Part shown: positions 42,901-52,134 of the stretch, one piece after another | Numbering within the stretch: the first letter of the stretch is position 1 | Layout: the number at the start of each line of letters is the position of its first letter | Origin: Tubiluchus corallicola | Taxonomy: Eukaryota > Animalia > Priapulida | Direction: 5' to 3' | NCBI GenBank assembly: GCA_030141605.1 | Contig: JAQGDQ010002377.1 | Coordinates: forward strand, 124,001 to 188,000 | DNA length: 64,000 nucleotides | Translations under genes and position numbers: made by a program | Notes under the pieces: generated by a model | What the model saw: the letters and a program-made list of their open reading frames with translations, nothing else | What the model was told of the DNA's origin: nothing | The model's database searches: none

Positions 42901-45900
42901 CAGCTAAAATTAGAGAATGCTCAGATTGAATTTTTTTTAAAAGGAAACCAAAAACTCATCTTTTTAAGCAGTATTGTAATGTGTAAGTGGTGAATGTTTT
43001 GGAAATTTTTTTTGATTTATAGATGGGTCTAATTGTATTATTTTTTAGTTTTTTATCTAAATATTTTTAATTGTGCAGCACCTTTTTTTATTGAAAGAGC
43101 ACTTTAGAAATAAATGCATTATTTATTACACATCATTGTAGCATTTGGCTTGGTAAAGCAACAAACTTTATATGCTGGTACTTTTGGTTCAAATGCTCAT
43201 TGAGGTACATTTCTTTCCTTGCACTTTGTAAGTCTGGCTATTAACTAAATCTAGCTACTGTTTAGTCTTTTAGCTGTTTACATTTTACCAATAGCTATTA
43301 TATGGATAGATTTCTTTTAACAGTTGTTTAAAAAACTGCTTTTTGGACTTTGCTTCTTCCATGCATTAGTCCAGGAAAGAAGAAAGTTTGGTCCACTTGG
43401 CTGGAATATACCATATGAATTTAATGAGTCAGACTTACGAATTAGCATTAAACAATTAAAGGTAAGCAAATTAAGAACTCTAGTGACATATTTTCACTAA
43501 AGCCCTGTTTAGACTATCAGGCATCTCTGCTGTGACCAGATATCATTCCTGCATGTCACTTATCTCTGGGCAAGTGTCGTGTGTTTAGATTATGAAACTT
43601 ACCCATGGAAAACAATGCAGTCACTTGCAAAAAATTCAGACCTCTGGTTAAATAAATTTTATCCAGAAAAACTCATCAGGAAAGCAGTTCACTGAAAAAT
43701 TATGCAAGGTGAATTTCGTCAGTGTCACGCAAAGATGACATTCACTCATGTCTAGACTATCGAAAAATCTAAACGCACTCTTAACTATGAATTATTCAAG
43801 TGCGGTGAAATAGTAGATGTGGATGCGCCCAGTCCGGGCAAAGAAATGGTAAAAATTGGCCTTGAACTGTGCGATAGACCTGCAATTTGTTAAAATAACA
43901 GATTACAAAAAGTGCTTAAAAACGTGCTAAACTAAAGGTTATTACTATTTAGACAAAATGAAAAATTAGATTTAAGAAGACTGAAATACAAATTATTACT
44001 TTATGATTCTAGAGATTTGAAGCAATTCTAACAAGTTTAAACTATTAACTAATTAGTAAAGTAGATAGTGACTTACATTTGCTAGTGACAACTTTGGCTT
44101 GAAAATACAACTAGTGACTGTTAAATTGTAACAAAATAGACAAAGCAATGAAAGTATCACCAAACGGCATGATCAGCATAGCGGCAACAGAAAATCTAAC
44201 TATGTGTAAAAACAAGTGTGATTGATAGGTGGTGTATACTAATAAGGCTTAGGTCACGTGATTAAGACTGGCTTCGTTTCATACACTTTCAGGAAATGTA
44301 TATTTGTAAAAATACAAAAAGAAAATAAATAATTATAGAAGATTAAATTAAATTGCCTGACATCAACAGTAGTATTTCATTTTGAGAACTAGTTCATGGA
44401 AATTGCATAAAAATAAATAGACTTAAAAATATTGTACGTAAATGATAAAACAGTCAGACGTACAAAACAAAAAATATAGTTTGCGGTCTATATATTTTCA
44501 CTAGATGCCGTTACATTCACGGCTATATAAGACGATCAATATATTTTTCTCTGAAAGAATATTAATAAAGTACTTTTACTCTTACTCAGTATTTACCTAA
44601 AGCAAGTACTTATCATTTATAAAGTATACATAAATGACTTATCATAACAAATGTCTTTCCATTTTTCCAGATGTTTTTAGACGAGTATGATTATTTCCCA
44701 TTGGAGGCACTCACATACTTAACAGGAGAATGCAATTATGGTGGTCGTGTGACAGACGATAAAGACAGACGACTCCTACTTTCTCTTTTGTCAATATTTT
44801 ACACTCACGAAATATCTTGGAATGAAAAATACAAGTAAAAAGCACCTGTCTGTTAAATTTTATACTATTTAATCGTGTGATTTATTGGGTAACCATGTGA
44901 ATTCCCATGGTATTTTACCACGGTTGTCAAAACTGGGGAAGGCTAACGTTTTACCTGGAAATAACTTAGACTTCAACACTTTTACCCGTGTAATTTCAAC
45001 TACCTATAAACTACCTATACACATTGTTAAAACTTTGAAAGAAAGGCAAACATTTGAGAAAACCCAAGGCCACTGAGTCCTGCACCAAAACCAGCCTACA
45101 ATTGGGCATGATAAGCTATTAGGATTTAGTTATCCAACTTTTTTATAATTTACGAACTGTAATTCGTCAACCGTCTTTCCACCGTTCAATCGTCATTCCC
45201 ACATTTGCCATTCTTTATCTTGCTTTGTAGTAAAAACAAATGAATCACAAAACTAATCCAGTTGCAATAAAATGTAACAGACAAAACTGGACAAATTTAA
45301 TAATTGGCCATTACAGTTTATAAAGAAATAGTAGCGGTAGAGGTAGTGGAAGTGGTAGTGGTAGTGGTAGTAGTAGTGGTAGCAGCAGTAATAGCAACAG
45401 CAGTAGCAGGAATAGTATGTATATATTACTATAACACTATGCACAGATTTTATTCTATAATGCACATGCAAGCATAAAATTAAAAATGTACTTACTATAA
45501 TACACTGTTTTTCATAGGTTTTCTCCGAGTGGTATTTACAAAGTGCCACAGGAAGGTGAGTATTCTACATTTGTGGACTATATTCGTAATTTGCCCATGG
45601 TTCCACACCCGGAAGTGTTTGGCTTGCATGAAAATGCTGACATAACAAAGGATAACCAGGAAACTCAGCAGGTAATTATGTCTCTTAAATGATTTATGGG
45701 ATTTCAAAAATGACTCTATAATGACTGGCTGGCTATTATTTGAAGAGACATTAAAACGACTCTTTTGAAAAATCGATCCTTTTTTTTTACAAATGGCTCC
45801 AACACACCCGTGATCACTCAAGGTAAGGATTTATACAGTTACTATTATCCATACAGTGAAAAAATTTTTAACTTTTTCACAGTTTACGTATGTTATTGTG

Positions 45901-48900
45901 GAATTTAACATTCGGAACTAAGATAATGATTCCACTTTTGGATATGGTTACGGCACTAAATTTTTGCTAATCCCCATACATTTTAAAATATTTTAGATAT
46001 AAGATGTATTTATTTATCTACATTTATTTAAGGTAGCTGCATGTGTTATGAATTAAAAGTTTGAATTGCAAAATGATTCGATCCATTAGACATAGACATA
46101 GACATAGAACATTTATTTTCTGCATTTGTTTGACATGACAAGCTTTTTTAAATATTACTTAATTATAGTAGTGGAGCAGGGCAAGGAAGGACCATAGGGT
46201 CATCTAGTCTCCTGCCCTGTCTTATAATTAAATTAGTATATTAAAAGTAAATGGTGAGACTGCTGATAACAAAATCAAATAGGCAAAAAATAATAATAAT
46301 AAACAGTATAAATGAAAACAAAGTATAAATGAAAACAGTATAAGTGAAAACAAAAAATAATTAAGTTAGATGACACCTAAATCTAAACAAAAACAATACA
46401 ATTAATACAAGTAATTATGATTATTATATATATTTTCAAATAGGGGCCTTATTGACAGGGTGATTTTGACTGTATGGAGAGATAAAATAAGTATCAAAAA
46501 AGTGTAATATAGAAAATTTAAGAGAAAAAGTAAGTATAAGAAAGAGCAACAATTACTTAGGAGATGAGAAAAAAAAACATTACACTCTCCATTACAAACC
46601 CACTGCATAAAGGAAGCAATAAATATGCTGGCATGTAATGCTGGTTCTGTGGGTGCTTTTATCATCTCAGCGCCTGTTACGCTGAGAATGCAAGAAACAT
46701 TTTTAGCTAGTCAACTCTATATTTTTACATGTCATGCAGTACCAACTCATCATTAATTGTTACAACATTATTAAATGTTTAAAACTGACCAAATAGTGTG
46801 AATTGGGACTGTCAGTGAGTCTGAAAAACAATCACAAATGCAGTGTAGCAGCTACTAATAGCATTATCCCTCTTCCGAGAAGGAACTTTGAAGAGAAAGT
46901 CTGCGTTTTTTATTTACAAAATACATCAATAAAAATAGTCGCATTAACAGAACTAGCATTTATTGTTAATGATGTCATACAATCACAAAATTTGCATTAT
47001 TTCCAGCATTCGAAATTTATAGCGTTTTCAAGAATTTTATAACATTAGCAGCTCTCGATACGTAATCTTGATCATTGTGTTCTATTTAACTTCAGCTGTT
47101 TGATTCAATTCTACTCACACTGCCGCGACAAGGTGAAGGAGGTGGGAAATCTTCCAGTGATATCATCACAGATTTAGCAATTGATATTCTTGATAAACTG
47201 CCACCGGACTTTGACCTGGAAGAGATAGTTAAAAAGTATCCAGTCTTGTACAATGATTCAATGAACACCGTTCTACGACAGGAACTGATTCGATTCAACA
47301 GATTGACGTCGGTCATCCGCTTAACCCTTGTAAACATTCAGAAGGCAATCAAAGGTAATGTTATTGTCTCTTTGGTTTGAAATGCGATATGTGTTCATTT
47401 CTATATATTATAATTTGTTAACTAAAGATTATAAGTAAAAAACTAGTATGCTTTCCTCTTCTAATATTTTTCTACTAATATGTAATGTGCAAGCTGAATA
47501 TCAGTTCAGATACATTAATATTGAGAATGTTTATCAGGGTTATCCTGAATTAGATTTTAGTTGCTTATCAAATTTATTTACTATCAATCTAAAGCTTGTA
47601 GCAAAGAGTAATGCAAAGTTGTTATCATCTGTCACAAGTCCACCATAATTACACTCTCCTGTTAAGTATGTCAGTGCCTCTAATGTACACACAAGGCTAG
47701 CTGTTTGCTATTCATGTAGGTAGAGTTTGCTTGGATAGCTACATATTGGACTGTAAAGTTCTTATTGTTCTGCTTATAATTCATTGTTACAGTCAGTAAA
47801 TTACTACTTCTACATCTACTACTACTACTACTGCTACTGCTGCTGCTGCTGTTGCTGCTACTACTACAAGATTCTTATTCATAGTATGGAATTTGTTCTG
47901 TCTCGCATGACGGCTTTAACTATTGTGTGTTCCTGTTAAGAAGTTTACAGTTTTTTGTATTTCAGTGGGTAACTCTAGATGTTCCTTACTATATTGACGA
48001 GTACTAGGGTAGAATTCAGCTTAACGAGTAGATTGCCTTAACTTGTAGAAAAATACAACTTTATTCAAGATTTGGCCCAACAAAATGGTCAACAAAAACT
48101 CTGTGGCAATGCTACAGCAATGCCCAAAATCTTGATAAATTCAGACCGTTTCAGCAGAACTCATTTAGTATTACACAATAACATGTAGTATCTTGACCCT
48201 GTTATTAGCAGATTTTCAGAATTTTAAACTTTGTGTAGTTTTAAGCTGCTTTGTGCAAATGTAATCATTAATGTTTCTTCACCTGACCTTAAGTTGTTAA
48301 TTTGCAGTATGGTCTTGCTATTTTAAATATTTTAATTCTTTTTTATAGGACTGGTCTTAATGTCTACAGATTTAGAGAAATTATTTGATGCCATGCTAAT
48401 TGGAAAGGTGCCAGCGGTGTGGGCTGCAAAATCCTATCCATCTCTTAAACCTCTTGGAAGTTATATTTTAGACCTTGTAGCCAGGTATGTAATGATTCAC
48501 CTGTGTGAATGTTTGACTTCATCCATATAGGCATCAGTGTGTGAAATTGCATGATATCATCTAACATCAGAGCTTCAATGCTGATACGCAGCTCAAATTC
48601 GCTAGTCGTTATTTGAATTGATAAGACTGTAGTTAGCACTGTGACTTGCAAGATCAGGACAGGTGCTTGGAAATTAACTGCACAGGGCTGTAAAGTATAC
48701 AACTAATAAATGTGATAGCAGACTATGCATTAACACTAACAAGATTAAGGTAGTGCAATCAGCTATTCATCCCCGACCTCAGAAAAGTTACACAACGTGA
48801 TTTGCACGTTCCTTTTGAGAAGAACAAAAATGGGCAAGCAGCACAGCCATACATTATAATTTTGTCTCATCATCATTATCATCATCAACATTTAAGTCCA

Positions 48901-50430
48901 TCATTCCCATTAGATGGGGTTGGACAGGGGTCTGCCAATGGCCCACCTCCAAATAACCCGCCTGCTGGTCAGCTCAGGTGACAAGTGCCACGCCTTGATG
49001 TGAACTTCCTGCCAGGTTTTTCTAGGCTGGCCAACAAGTCTCATGCCTTCAACTTGAAGTTGAGTGTGAGCTTATCTATCTATCAACTTCAGCAAATTGA
49101 TCCTCTGCTCTTTGGAGATGACACAACTAACGTAGCCTTGTACTATGTAGAACATCAGCAATGGCCACTTGATCTGCCCTCTTCCACAAGTCAGCACACT
49201 AATCCTGTTTCCTATCTTCACCATACACATCCAGTGTATCATCTGCATTTAATGTGTCTGAAAAATAGATCGTCACTTATTTATAATATTAAAGAATGTT
49301 TACTTGTTGAACTAACATTTCAAGAAATGTAAACTGTAAATGTAAATGCGTGAATATAAAGCAATCTTTCTTTTATTTTTTAGGTTGAAATTTCTGCAGG
49401 ACTGGATTGACAAAGGACCACCAATTGTTTTTTGGTTATCTGGTTTCTATTTTACACAATCTTTCCTTACAGGTAAAAAGAATTTTCATAGATTACAGGT
49501 AACTGTAAAAGTCAATGAAGTTACATACTTCTATGCAATACAAGGGTGAGTAAGAAACTCATTAGTATGTTGTTCTAAATTAATGAATTTTGCAATTGTT
49601 TTATTTAATTGCAGGGGCTCTTCAGAATTACTCTAGGAAATACGCAATTCCAATAGACCAGGTTGGGTTTGAGTTTGAAGTGACATCGGAGGATGCTAAT
49701 ATGCACGAAAGACCTGAAGATGGTGTTTATATTAAGGTAGCAATGTTGGAATACATCGTGGCTGGGTTATAGATGTTAAGCACATATTTCAAGTTACCAT
49801 TACATGTTTATTGTTTGAGCACAAAGTACTTACAAGTTTATGAACTTGGCTGGTTGGATAAGTTCCCCAACTTTTCTGTTTCATTGCTGAAAATACTTAT
49901 TTTTGTATCATGTGTTTACCAGAAAGCTTGGCCAATTATCTGTAATTTATGAAGTGTATCTTGTTTTTGAAACTCCAGAACTTCTGCCTTACTAAATAGA
50001 AAAAAAATGCCTTCCTTAAGTTTGATAGTGCACAGCCAGACATTATTTTGCACGTCACAAGCCACTTCGCTTGATCTGAATCATGCTTGCCTCTGTACAA
50101 GCTATTATTTAAGTACTAATCTAATTTTTCCAGGGTCTGTTTTTAGAAGGTGCCCGGTGGTCGCAAACTGCTAAACAAATTGAAGAGTCACTTCCAAAAA
50201 TTATTTATGATTGTATGCCTGTCATATGGCTGCGACCGAAAAAGTATGTTGATATGCTGAGAAAAAGGACATATGCCTGTCCTGTTTACAAGACCAGTGC
50301 CCGTCGAGGTGTACTGTCCACTACTGGCCATTCAACAAACTACGTCCTGACTATCGAGTTACCTAGTGACAAACCTGAGAAACACTGGATTAACAGAGGT
50401 GTTGCAGCGTTGTGCCAACTCGATGATTAA
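23..50430 (+). CDS. DNAH3: Axonemal dynein heavy chain, DNAH3-like (5'-partial; 45 exons in window, 7308 nt spliced including stop, about 2435 aa)
   Basis: Hand-spliced GT-AG exons give one open frame: AAA2 P-loop [11 protein letters not shown]3 [11 protein letters not shown]4 GVGGSGRHS, stalk/MTBD ([17 protein letters not shown]), AAA5, AAA6 and C-terminal [21 protein letters not shown]...[10 protein letters not shown]. Peptides such as [33 protein letters not shown] and LLRSYLNDP match DNAH3 as I remember it; a DNAH7/12 paralog is not formally excluded. Confidence 0.93.
578..1565. mobile_element. Non-autonomous Tigger/pogo-type DNA transposon inserted in a (TA)n tract
   Basis: 25-bp TIRs CAGTAGTCACCGCTTAATAGACTCA / reverse complement CAGTAGTCGCTGCTTAATAGACTCA (23/25), TA on both sides. 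Confidence 0.85.
2433..2563 (+). CDS. DNAH3: DNAH3 exon 2, AAA2 Walker B region
   Basis: VLANIFR...[26 protein letters not shown]; AG/GT ends. Confidence 0.95.
3697..3828 (+). CDS. DNAH3: DNAH3 exon 3
   Basis: [11 protein letters not shown]...[22 protein letters not shown]. Confidence 0.95.
4579..4848 (+). CDS. DNAH3: DNAH3 exon 4
   Basis: [10 protein letters not shown]...LFDWLVP...NPAQ|gtatgt. Confidence 0.9.
5371..5750. mobile_element. Foldback (long imperfect palindrome) MITE
   Basis: About 90-bp inverted arms (CAGGTGGCACAAAATATG...AAATGTGGACTTGCC versus the reverse complement of GGAAGTCCACATTT...TACTACTTG) with internal CAATATTG-type repeats; related partial copy at 27243-27523. Confidence 0.75.
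5846..6001 (+). CDS. DNAH3: DNAH3 exon 5
   Basis: [22 protein letters not shown]...FDEFFR. Confidence 0.9.
6705..6885 (+). mobile_element. Helentron-associated (HINE/DINE-1-like) repeat remnant
   Basis: TGACCATGTGACCTCGACTTTTGAC motif, CAAATTT core and ACAGA-type tail, as remembered for this repeat class. Confidence 0.4.
7601..7723 (+). CDS. DNAH3: DNAH3 exon 6
   Basis: [13 protein letters not shown]...GNWVPW...IPANAK. Confidence 0.9.
8292..8452 (+). CDS. DNAH3: DNAH3 exon 7, AAA3 Walker A
   Basis: VSELIIPT...[11 protein letters not shown]. Confidence 0.95.
8534..8925. mobile_element. hAT-type MITE (degenerate)
   Basis: Ends GCCGGATTAAGG / AAATCCGGTCCG, GGGCC subterminal motifs; ATAAAGT occurs on both flanks. 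Confidence 0.6.
9363..9443 (+). CDS. DNAH3: DNAH3 exon 8
   Basis: [26 protein letters not shown]. Confidence 0.95.
9599..9984. mobile_element. hAT MITE with 8-bp TSD (same family as 42195-42506, opposite orientation)
   Basis: TSD CTTGCAAT/TTTGCAAT; ends CAGGACGGGATTA / TAATCCAGCCTTC; shared internal ATATTTTGCATTGCTGAATAA. Confidence 0.8.
10713..10833 (+). CDS. DNAH3: DNAH3 exon 9, AAA3 Walker B
   Basis: [40 protein letters not shown]. Confidence 0.95.
10929..11643 (+). mobile_element. Internally deleted hAT element retaining a transposase C-terminal dimerisation-domain relic
   Basis: Perfect TSD CTTTAGCA; relic peptides [14 protein letters not shown] and [26 protein letters not shown]...DILKTIDF. 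Confidence 0.85.
12201..12263 (+). CDS. DNAH3: DNAH3 exon 10 (63 nt)
   Basis: [21 protein letters not shown]. Confidence 0.9.
12386..12480. repeat. Interspersed repeat shared with 2771-2878
   Basis: GATGATCATAAAAAG.TCAAAG.TTAAGTGAACC...ACAACGCATTTGT.TACACTTGA...AAGCCCATG.TATTGTAATA present at both loci. Confidence 0.8.
12862..13047 (+). CDS. DNAH3: DNAH3 exon 11
   Basis: [19 protein letters not shown]...IDWHF. Confidence 0.95.
13976..14202 (+). CDS. DNAH3: DNAH3 exon 12
   Basis: [19 protein letters not shown]...[17 protein letters not shown]. Confidence 0.95.
14452..14849 (-). mobile_element. Shorter deletion derivative of the 10929-11643 hAT family
   Basis: [19 protein letters not shown]; ends CAGAGCCGTCTCAAC / TTAAGATGGCC; reverse-complement matches such as TTGACAGCAAGTCAC and AAACATTAAAAAACATGC. 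Confidence 0.8.
16329..16550 (+). CDS. DNAH3: DNAH3 exon 13
   Basis: LQFFDIV...VRSLMFGDY...KLYDEVTDL. Confidence 0.92.
17160..17287 (+). CDS. DNAH3: DNAH3 exon 14
   Basis: YLDDYN...[30 protein letters not shown]. Confidence 0.95.
17785..18030. repeat. 57-bp minisatellite, about 4 copies
   Basis: TCAATCTGTTAACT recurs at 17789, 17846, 17903 and 17960. Confidence 0.92.
18548..18672 (+). CDS. DNAH3: DNAH3 exon 15, AAA4 P-loop
   Basis: [17 protein letters not shown]...DWREDIKL. Confidence 0.95.
19062..19247 (+). CDS. DNAH3: DNAH3 exon 16
   Basis: [36 protein letters not shown]. Confidence 0.95.
20091..20258 (+). CDS. DNAH3: DNAH3 exon 17
   Basis: [13 protein letters not shown]...[27 protein letters not shown]. 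Confidence 0.95.
20869..21002 (+). CDS. DNAH3: DNAH3 exon 18
   Basis: [15 protein letters not shown]. Confidence 0.93.
21448..21610 (+). CDS. DNAH3: DNAH3 exon 19
   Basis: [23 protein letters not shown]...KLDFAASQ. Confidence 0.95.
21782..22020. repeat. (CT)n polypyrimidine microsatellite, about 240 bp
   Basis: Direct observation. Confidence 0.98.
22411..22533 (+). CDS. DNAH3: DNAH3 exon 20, stalk CC1
   Basis: [22 protein letters not shown]. Confidence 0.93.
22980..23147 (+). CDS. DNAH3: DNAH3 exon 21 (GAG acceptor)
   Basis: [38 protein letters not shown]...DITIVKSMK. Confidence 0.9.
23801..24018 (+). CDS. DNAH3: DNAH3 exon 22, microtubule-binding domain
   Basis: [29 protein letters not shown]...FDKDNIPP. 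Confidence 0.95.
24190..24243. repeat. Degenerate (CCCTAA)n telomere-like hexamer tract
   Basis: ACCCTAACCCTAACCGTAATCCAAACTCTAACCCAAACCCTAATCCTAA. Confidence 0.8.
24792..24999 (+). CDS. DNAH3: DNAH3 exon 23
   Basis: YIANPEFDP...[25 protein letters not shown]. Confidence 0.94.
26515..26635 (+). CDS. DNAH3: DNAH3 exon 24
   Basis: [23 protein letters not shown]. Confidence 0.93.
26873..27012 (+). CDS. DNAH3: DNAH3 exon 25
   Basis: LGGEKERW...[24 protein letters not shown]. Confidence 0.95.
27243..27523. mobile_element. Partial copy (right arm) of the 5371-5750 foldback MITE family
   Basis: CAATGTTGTGGCAAATCTACATTTCC...ATATTTGCAAAAATCTTGTGACAACATT resembles 5662-5730. Confidence 0.65.
27670..27871 (+). 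CDS. DNAH3: DNAH3 exon 26, AAA5
   Basis: [19 protein letters not shown]...[10 protein letters not shown]. Confidence 0.95.
28340..28542 (+). CDS. DNAH3: DNAH3 exon 27
   Basis: [11 protein letters not shown]...[22 protein letters not shown]. Confidence 0.95.
28834..28938 (+). CDS. DNAH3: DNAH3 exon 28
   Basis: [35 protein letters not shown]. Confidence 0.95.
29227..29412 (+). CDS. DNAH3: DNAH3 exon 29
   Basis: [30 protein letters not shown]...LKEIEDKIL. Confidence 0.95.
29553..29633 (+). CDS. DNAH3: DNAH3 exon 30
   Basis: [27 protein letters not shown]. Confidence 0.95.
30684..30845 (+). CDS. DNAH3: DNAH3 exon 31
   Basis: [12 protein letters not shown]...[23 protein letters not shown]. 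Confidence 0.95.
31841..32667. mobile_element. Degenerate DNA element with inverted GACATTTGGGCAC subterminal repeats
   Basis: Tandem GACATTTGGGCAC units at 31863-31906 and inverted GTGCCCAAATG at about 32604; related TGTCCAAATGTC array at 38592-38660; no clear TSD. Confidence 0.45.
32945..33090 (+). mobile_element. Rex1/Babar-like LINE C-terminal relic
   Basis: [13 protein letters not shown] and [14 protein letters not shown] resemble the remembered motif LQRVVR.AEKIIG...D.THP...LFELL. Confidence 0.55.
33119..33279 (+). CDS. DNAH3: DNAH3 exon 32
   Basis: [32 protein letters not shown]. Confidence 0.95.
33651..34564. mobile_element. hAT non-autonomous element with 8-bp TSD and poly-G tracts
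   Basis: TSD GTTATGTT/GTTACGTT; TIR CAGGGGCGTTGTGC versus reverse complement CAGTGGTGTCGTGC. Confidence 0.8.
35100..35515. mobile_element. GC-richer insertion, probable non-LTR retroelement (RTE-like) 5' region
   Basis: Abrupt composition shift inside an AT-rich intron; no dynein-like coding; family assignment tentative. Confidence 0.35.
35891..36048 (+). CDS. DNAH3: DNAH3 exon 33 (GAG acceptor)
   Basis: [42 protein letters not shown]. Confidence 0.9.
36337..36491 (+). CDS. DNAH3: DNAH3 exon 34
   Basis: EWKRVYDS...[14 protein letters not shown]. Confidence 0.94.
37212..37560. repeat. About 70-bp diverged minisatellite, 5 copies
   Basis: CTGTAATCAGTAGC...CCCAGCAGTCTAGACTCTAGA units start near 37212, 37281, 37354, 37427 and 37494. 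Confidence 0.88.
37717..37923 (+). CDS. DNAH3: DNAH3 exon 35, AAA6
   Basis: YIEPPTFDL...[13 protein letters not shown]...ISLGQGQ. Confidence 0.95.
38592..38660. repeat. Short tandem array of TGTCCAAATGTC units (transposon subterminal-type)
   Basis: About 4 units with 16-18 bp period. Confidence 0.75.
39676..39792 (+). CDS. DNAH3: DNAH3 exon 36
   Basis: GPIA...[25 protein letters not shown]. Confidence 0.94.
41458..41661 (+). CDS. DNAH3: DNAH3 exon 37
   Basis: [44 protein letters not shown]. Confidence 0.94.
41722..41911. mobile_element. Tigger-like MITE
   Basis: TATAGTCAAACCTTGTTATA versus reverse complement TATAGTCAATCTCCTTATA; TA ends. Confidence 0.7.
42195..42506. mobile_element. hAT MITE with perfect 8-bp TSD
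   Basis: CTTACAAG|CAGGGCCAGATTA ... TAATGTGTCCCTG|CTTACAAG. Confidence 0.88.
42800..43125 (+). mobile_element. L2-clade LINE 3' end
   Basis: [14 protein letters not shown]...KTHLFK, then GCAGCACC...GAAAGAGCACTTTAGAAATAAA tail; similar tail at 34850-34922. Confidence 0.7.
43324..43461 (+). CDS. DNAH3: DNAH3 exon 38
   Basis: [36 protein letters not shown]. Confidence 0.95.
43501..43781. mobile_element. PIF/Harbinger-like MITE
   Basis: TAA flanks both ends; imperfect TIRs AGCCCTGTTTAGAC versus reverse complement AGAGTGCGTTTAGAT. Confidence 0.5.
44671..44834 (+). CDS. DNAH3: DNAH3 exon 39
   Basis: [28 protein letters not shown]. Confidence 0.95.
45329..45412. repeat. Compound GTA/GTG/GCA trinucleotide microsatellite
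   Basis: Direct observation. Confidence 0.85.
45518..45671 (+). CDS. DNAH3: DNAH3 exon 40
   Basis: FSPSGIY...YIRNLP...[21 protein letters not shown]. Confidence 0.95.
46088..46222 (-). mobile_element. LINE (L2/CR1 group) 3' terminus: stem-loop, AATAAA and (TCTATG)n tail
   Basis: CAGGGCAAGGAAGGACC...GGTC...CTCCTGCCCTG inverted repeat next to TTTATT and (CATAGA)3. Confidence 0.6.
47096..47354 (+). CDS. DNAH3: DNAH3 exon 41
   Basis: [12 protein letters not shown]...[23 protein letters not shown]. Confidence 0.95.
47803..47867. repeat. Compound (CTA)n(CTG)n microsatellite
   Basis: Direct observation. Confidence 0.85.
48349..48484 (+). CDS. DNAH3: DNAH3 exon 42
   Basis: LVLMS...[22 protein letters not shown]. 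Confidence 0.95.
48868..49250 (-). mobile_element. RTE-clade LINE 3' end
   Basis: Minus strand reads ...[18 protein letters not shown]... followed by a (TGA)n tail, seen as CATCATCAT on the + strand. Confidence 0.75.
49384..49472 (+). CDS. DNAH3: DNAH3 exon 43
   Basis: [29 protein letters not shown]. Confidence 0.95.
49615..49736 (+). CDS. DNAH3: DNAH3 exon 44
   Basis: [22 protein letters not shown]...PEDGVYIK. Confidence 0.95.
50134..50430 (+). CDS. DNAH3: DNAH3 terminal coding exon
   Basis: GLFLEGARW...[23 protein letters not shown]...[15 protein letters not shown]. Confidence 0.96.
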   Translation, partial: GLFLEGARWSQTAKQIEESLPKIIYDCMPVIWLRPKKYVDMLRKRTYACPVYKTSARRGVLSTTGHSTNYVLTIELPSDKPEKHWINRGVAALCQLDD

Positions 50431-50571
50431 TGCATTTACAACTGTAGGAATTTTTAATGAAATTAACTGATATTTAGCTTAGCTTAATGAATGAGTTTGC
50501 TGAAACTTGTAGAATATTATATTTTTATCTTATTGCCTGGTAAAATCTCAGTAAGATTTCTGTCCATATGT

Positions 50572-50577
50572 AATAAA
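50572..50577 (+). terminator. Probable polyadenylation signal of DNAH3
   Basis: First AATAAA after the stop codon (about 140 nt downstream), followed by T/GT-rich sequence. Confidence 0.5.
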
Positions 50578-52134
50578 AGACCATAATTTGTATGCATACT
50601 GTTTGAAATAGTTTTTCAAATATAACAGTTATTGTAATACATGTTAAAAATGTTTGTACTTTTTTATGTTTGTTTTAAAATCAGCATTTAGCAAGATAAG
50701 TTGGGCACAGTAGATGACAACCCTAAAAGGGTCCGTAGCATTAAATGGCTAATAACCGCTATTACACAAATACATACATTCTTTGCTTGTTAAATTTGCC
50801 GTCTACTCAAACCAACAGTAGAATGGGGTGACAGTCCATTAATTGCTAACATTGTTTCTGTTAATTTTCTGCTGCCGGTATGAGCGTTCGGGATTGGGGC
50901 CATTCTGACCCCTACTCCTGAATCGAGATTTTAAAGCATTTCAAGTAAAAAGCGTTCAAATTTTCTAAACAAACAAAAAATATAATATGTCATTTAACAT
51001 TCATTGTTGGTGAATTAAACAATTTGGTCGTCAATATATTTTCCTGACACTTCAGTTAATTTTTTCACTTGAGGCCTGAATTGATCAATAGTTTTATTGA
51101 AAATACAATCCCAATGTTAATACAGTAAAATTATACATATATACTATGTATTGTCTGTTTTTTATTTTTATGGACCTGGCGGCAATATCAAACAAAGTTT
51201 TTATTTTCTGGACTTCATCGTAAAAATTAGTTCATAAGTGCTAAAATGTTTCTGGGTTTGCCCTGTTGAATTTTATACGTTCAGGGTACAATACAATTTT
51301 ATTGAATAAAAGCTCTCGGCTATCTACCATATTATATAAAAAGGTTTTTACTTTACATTTTCATCCTCGTTATTTGCAATCTTGGCACATCTGATTTCTG
51401 CCTAGGTGTTGCTACCTGACTAATATTTGTGAACAGCAAAATTAATCGGCCCATGGTCACAAATTTAGCCCAGTATGAGTGCATGATTTTGATTTCACAG
51501 GGCTAGGCTTACGGATAAAGCTCAAAAGTACGAATATCCTCGATGATTACAAATGGCACTGCAGTTCTGCTACTGCCTCGTCACATAGTACCTGTGTGGG
51601 CTACAGAGGAATGGCCGGGAAGAGAGAATGATGCTCTTCTGAAGACACTCATTCTTCTGAACATCAGAGCCAAACTAATCCGATCAGCGATATTAAAGGC
51701 TCATACTTGGGGAGAAAGCTCCTGCCCGCGCGGCCCAGTAGAGTGAGACAGGAGTGGATTCTGGTCACCTTCTGTACAGGATGTATAATGCTGGAATCTA
51801 TACATCCAAACATGAGACTGCTGAAACGGAAAGCACCTGGTCAGATATGGAGCAACTGGAGCAATCTTGGGTCTTAACCAAATGTTCGTCACTGTTATCG
51901 TCTAAGGACTGGGTGAGCTAGCTACCCAGTAGCTGAACGCTGTGTGCCTTTGACTGTGTCATCCACTTTTGGGATATGGAGCAGCTGCAAGTGTTCTTAT
52001 ATAGACTTTAACCAAATGATCATCACTTATCAGTGAAGGTTGTCTAGAGGTTTGTTGTAGTGCTGCTCGAGCCCTAAGGGTGACCAAATCCGATGCCTGT
52101 GAAAACAAATCAAATGAAAATAAATAACAGAAAA

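Noticed and set aside
47092-47337. Antisense ORFs over exons (also 22937-23128, 35735-35989, 36097-36504, 56440-56655)
   Set aside because: Shadow frames of the real + strand exons
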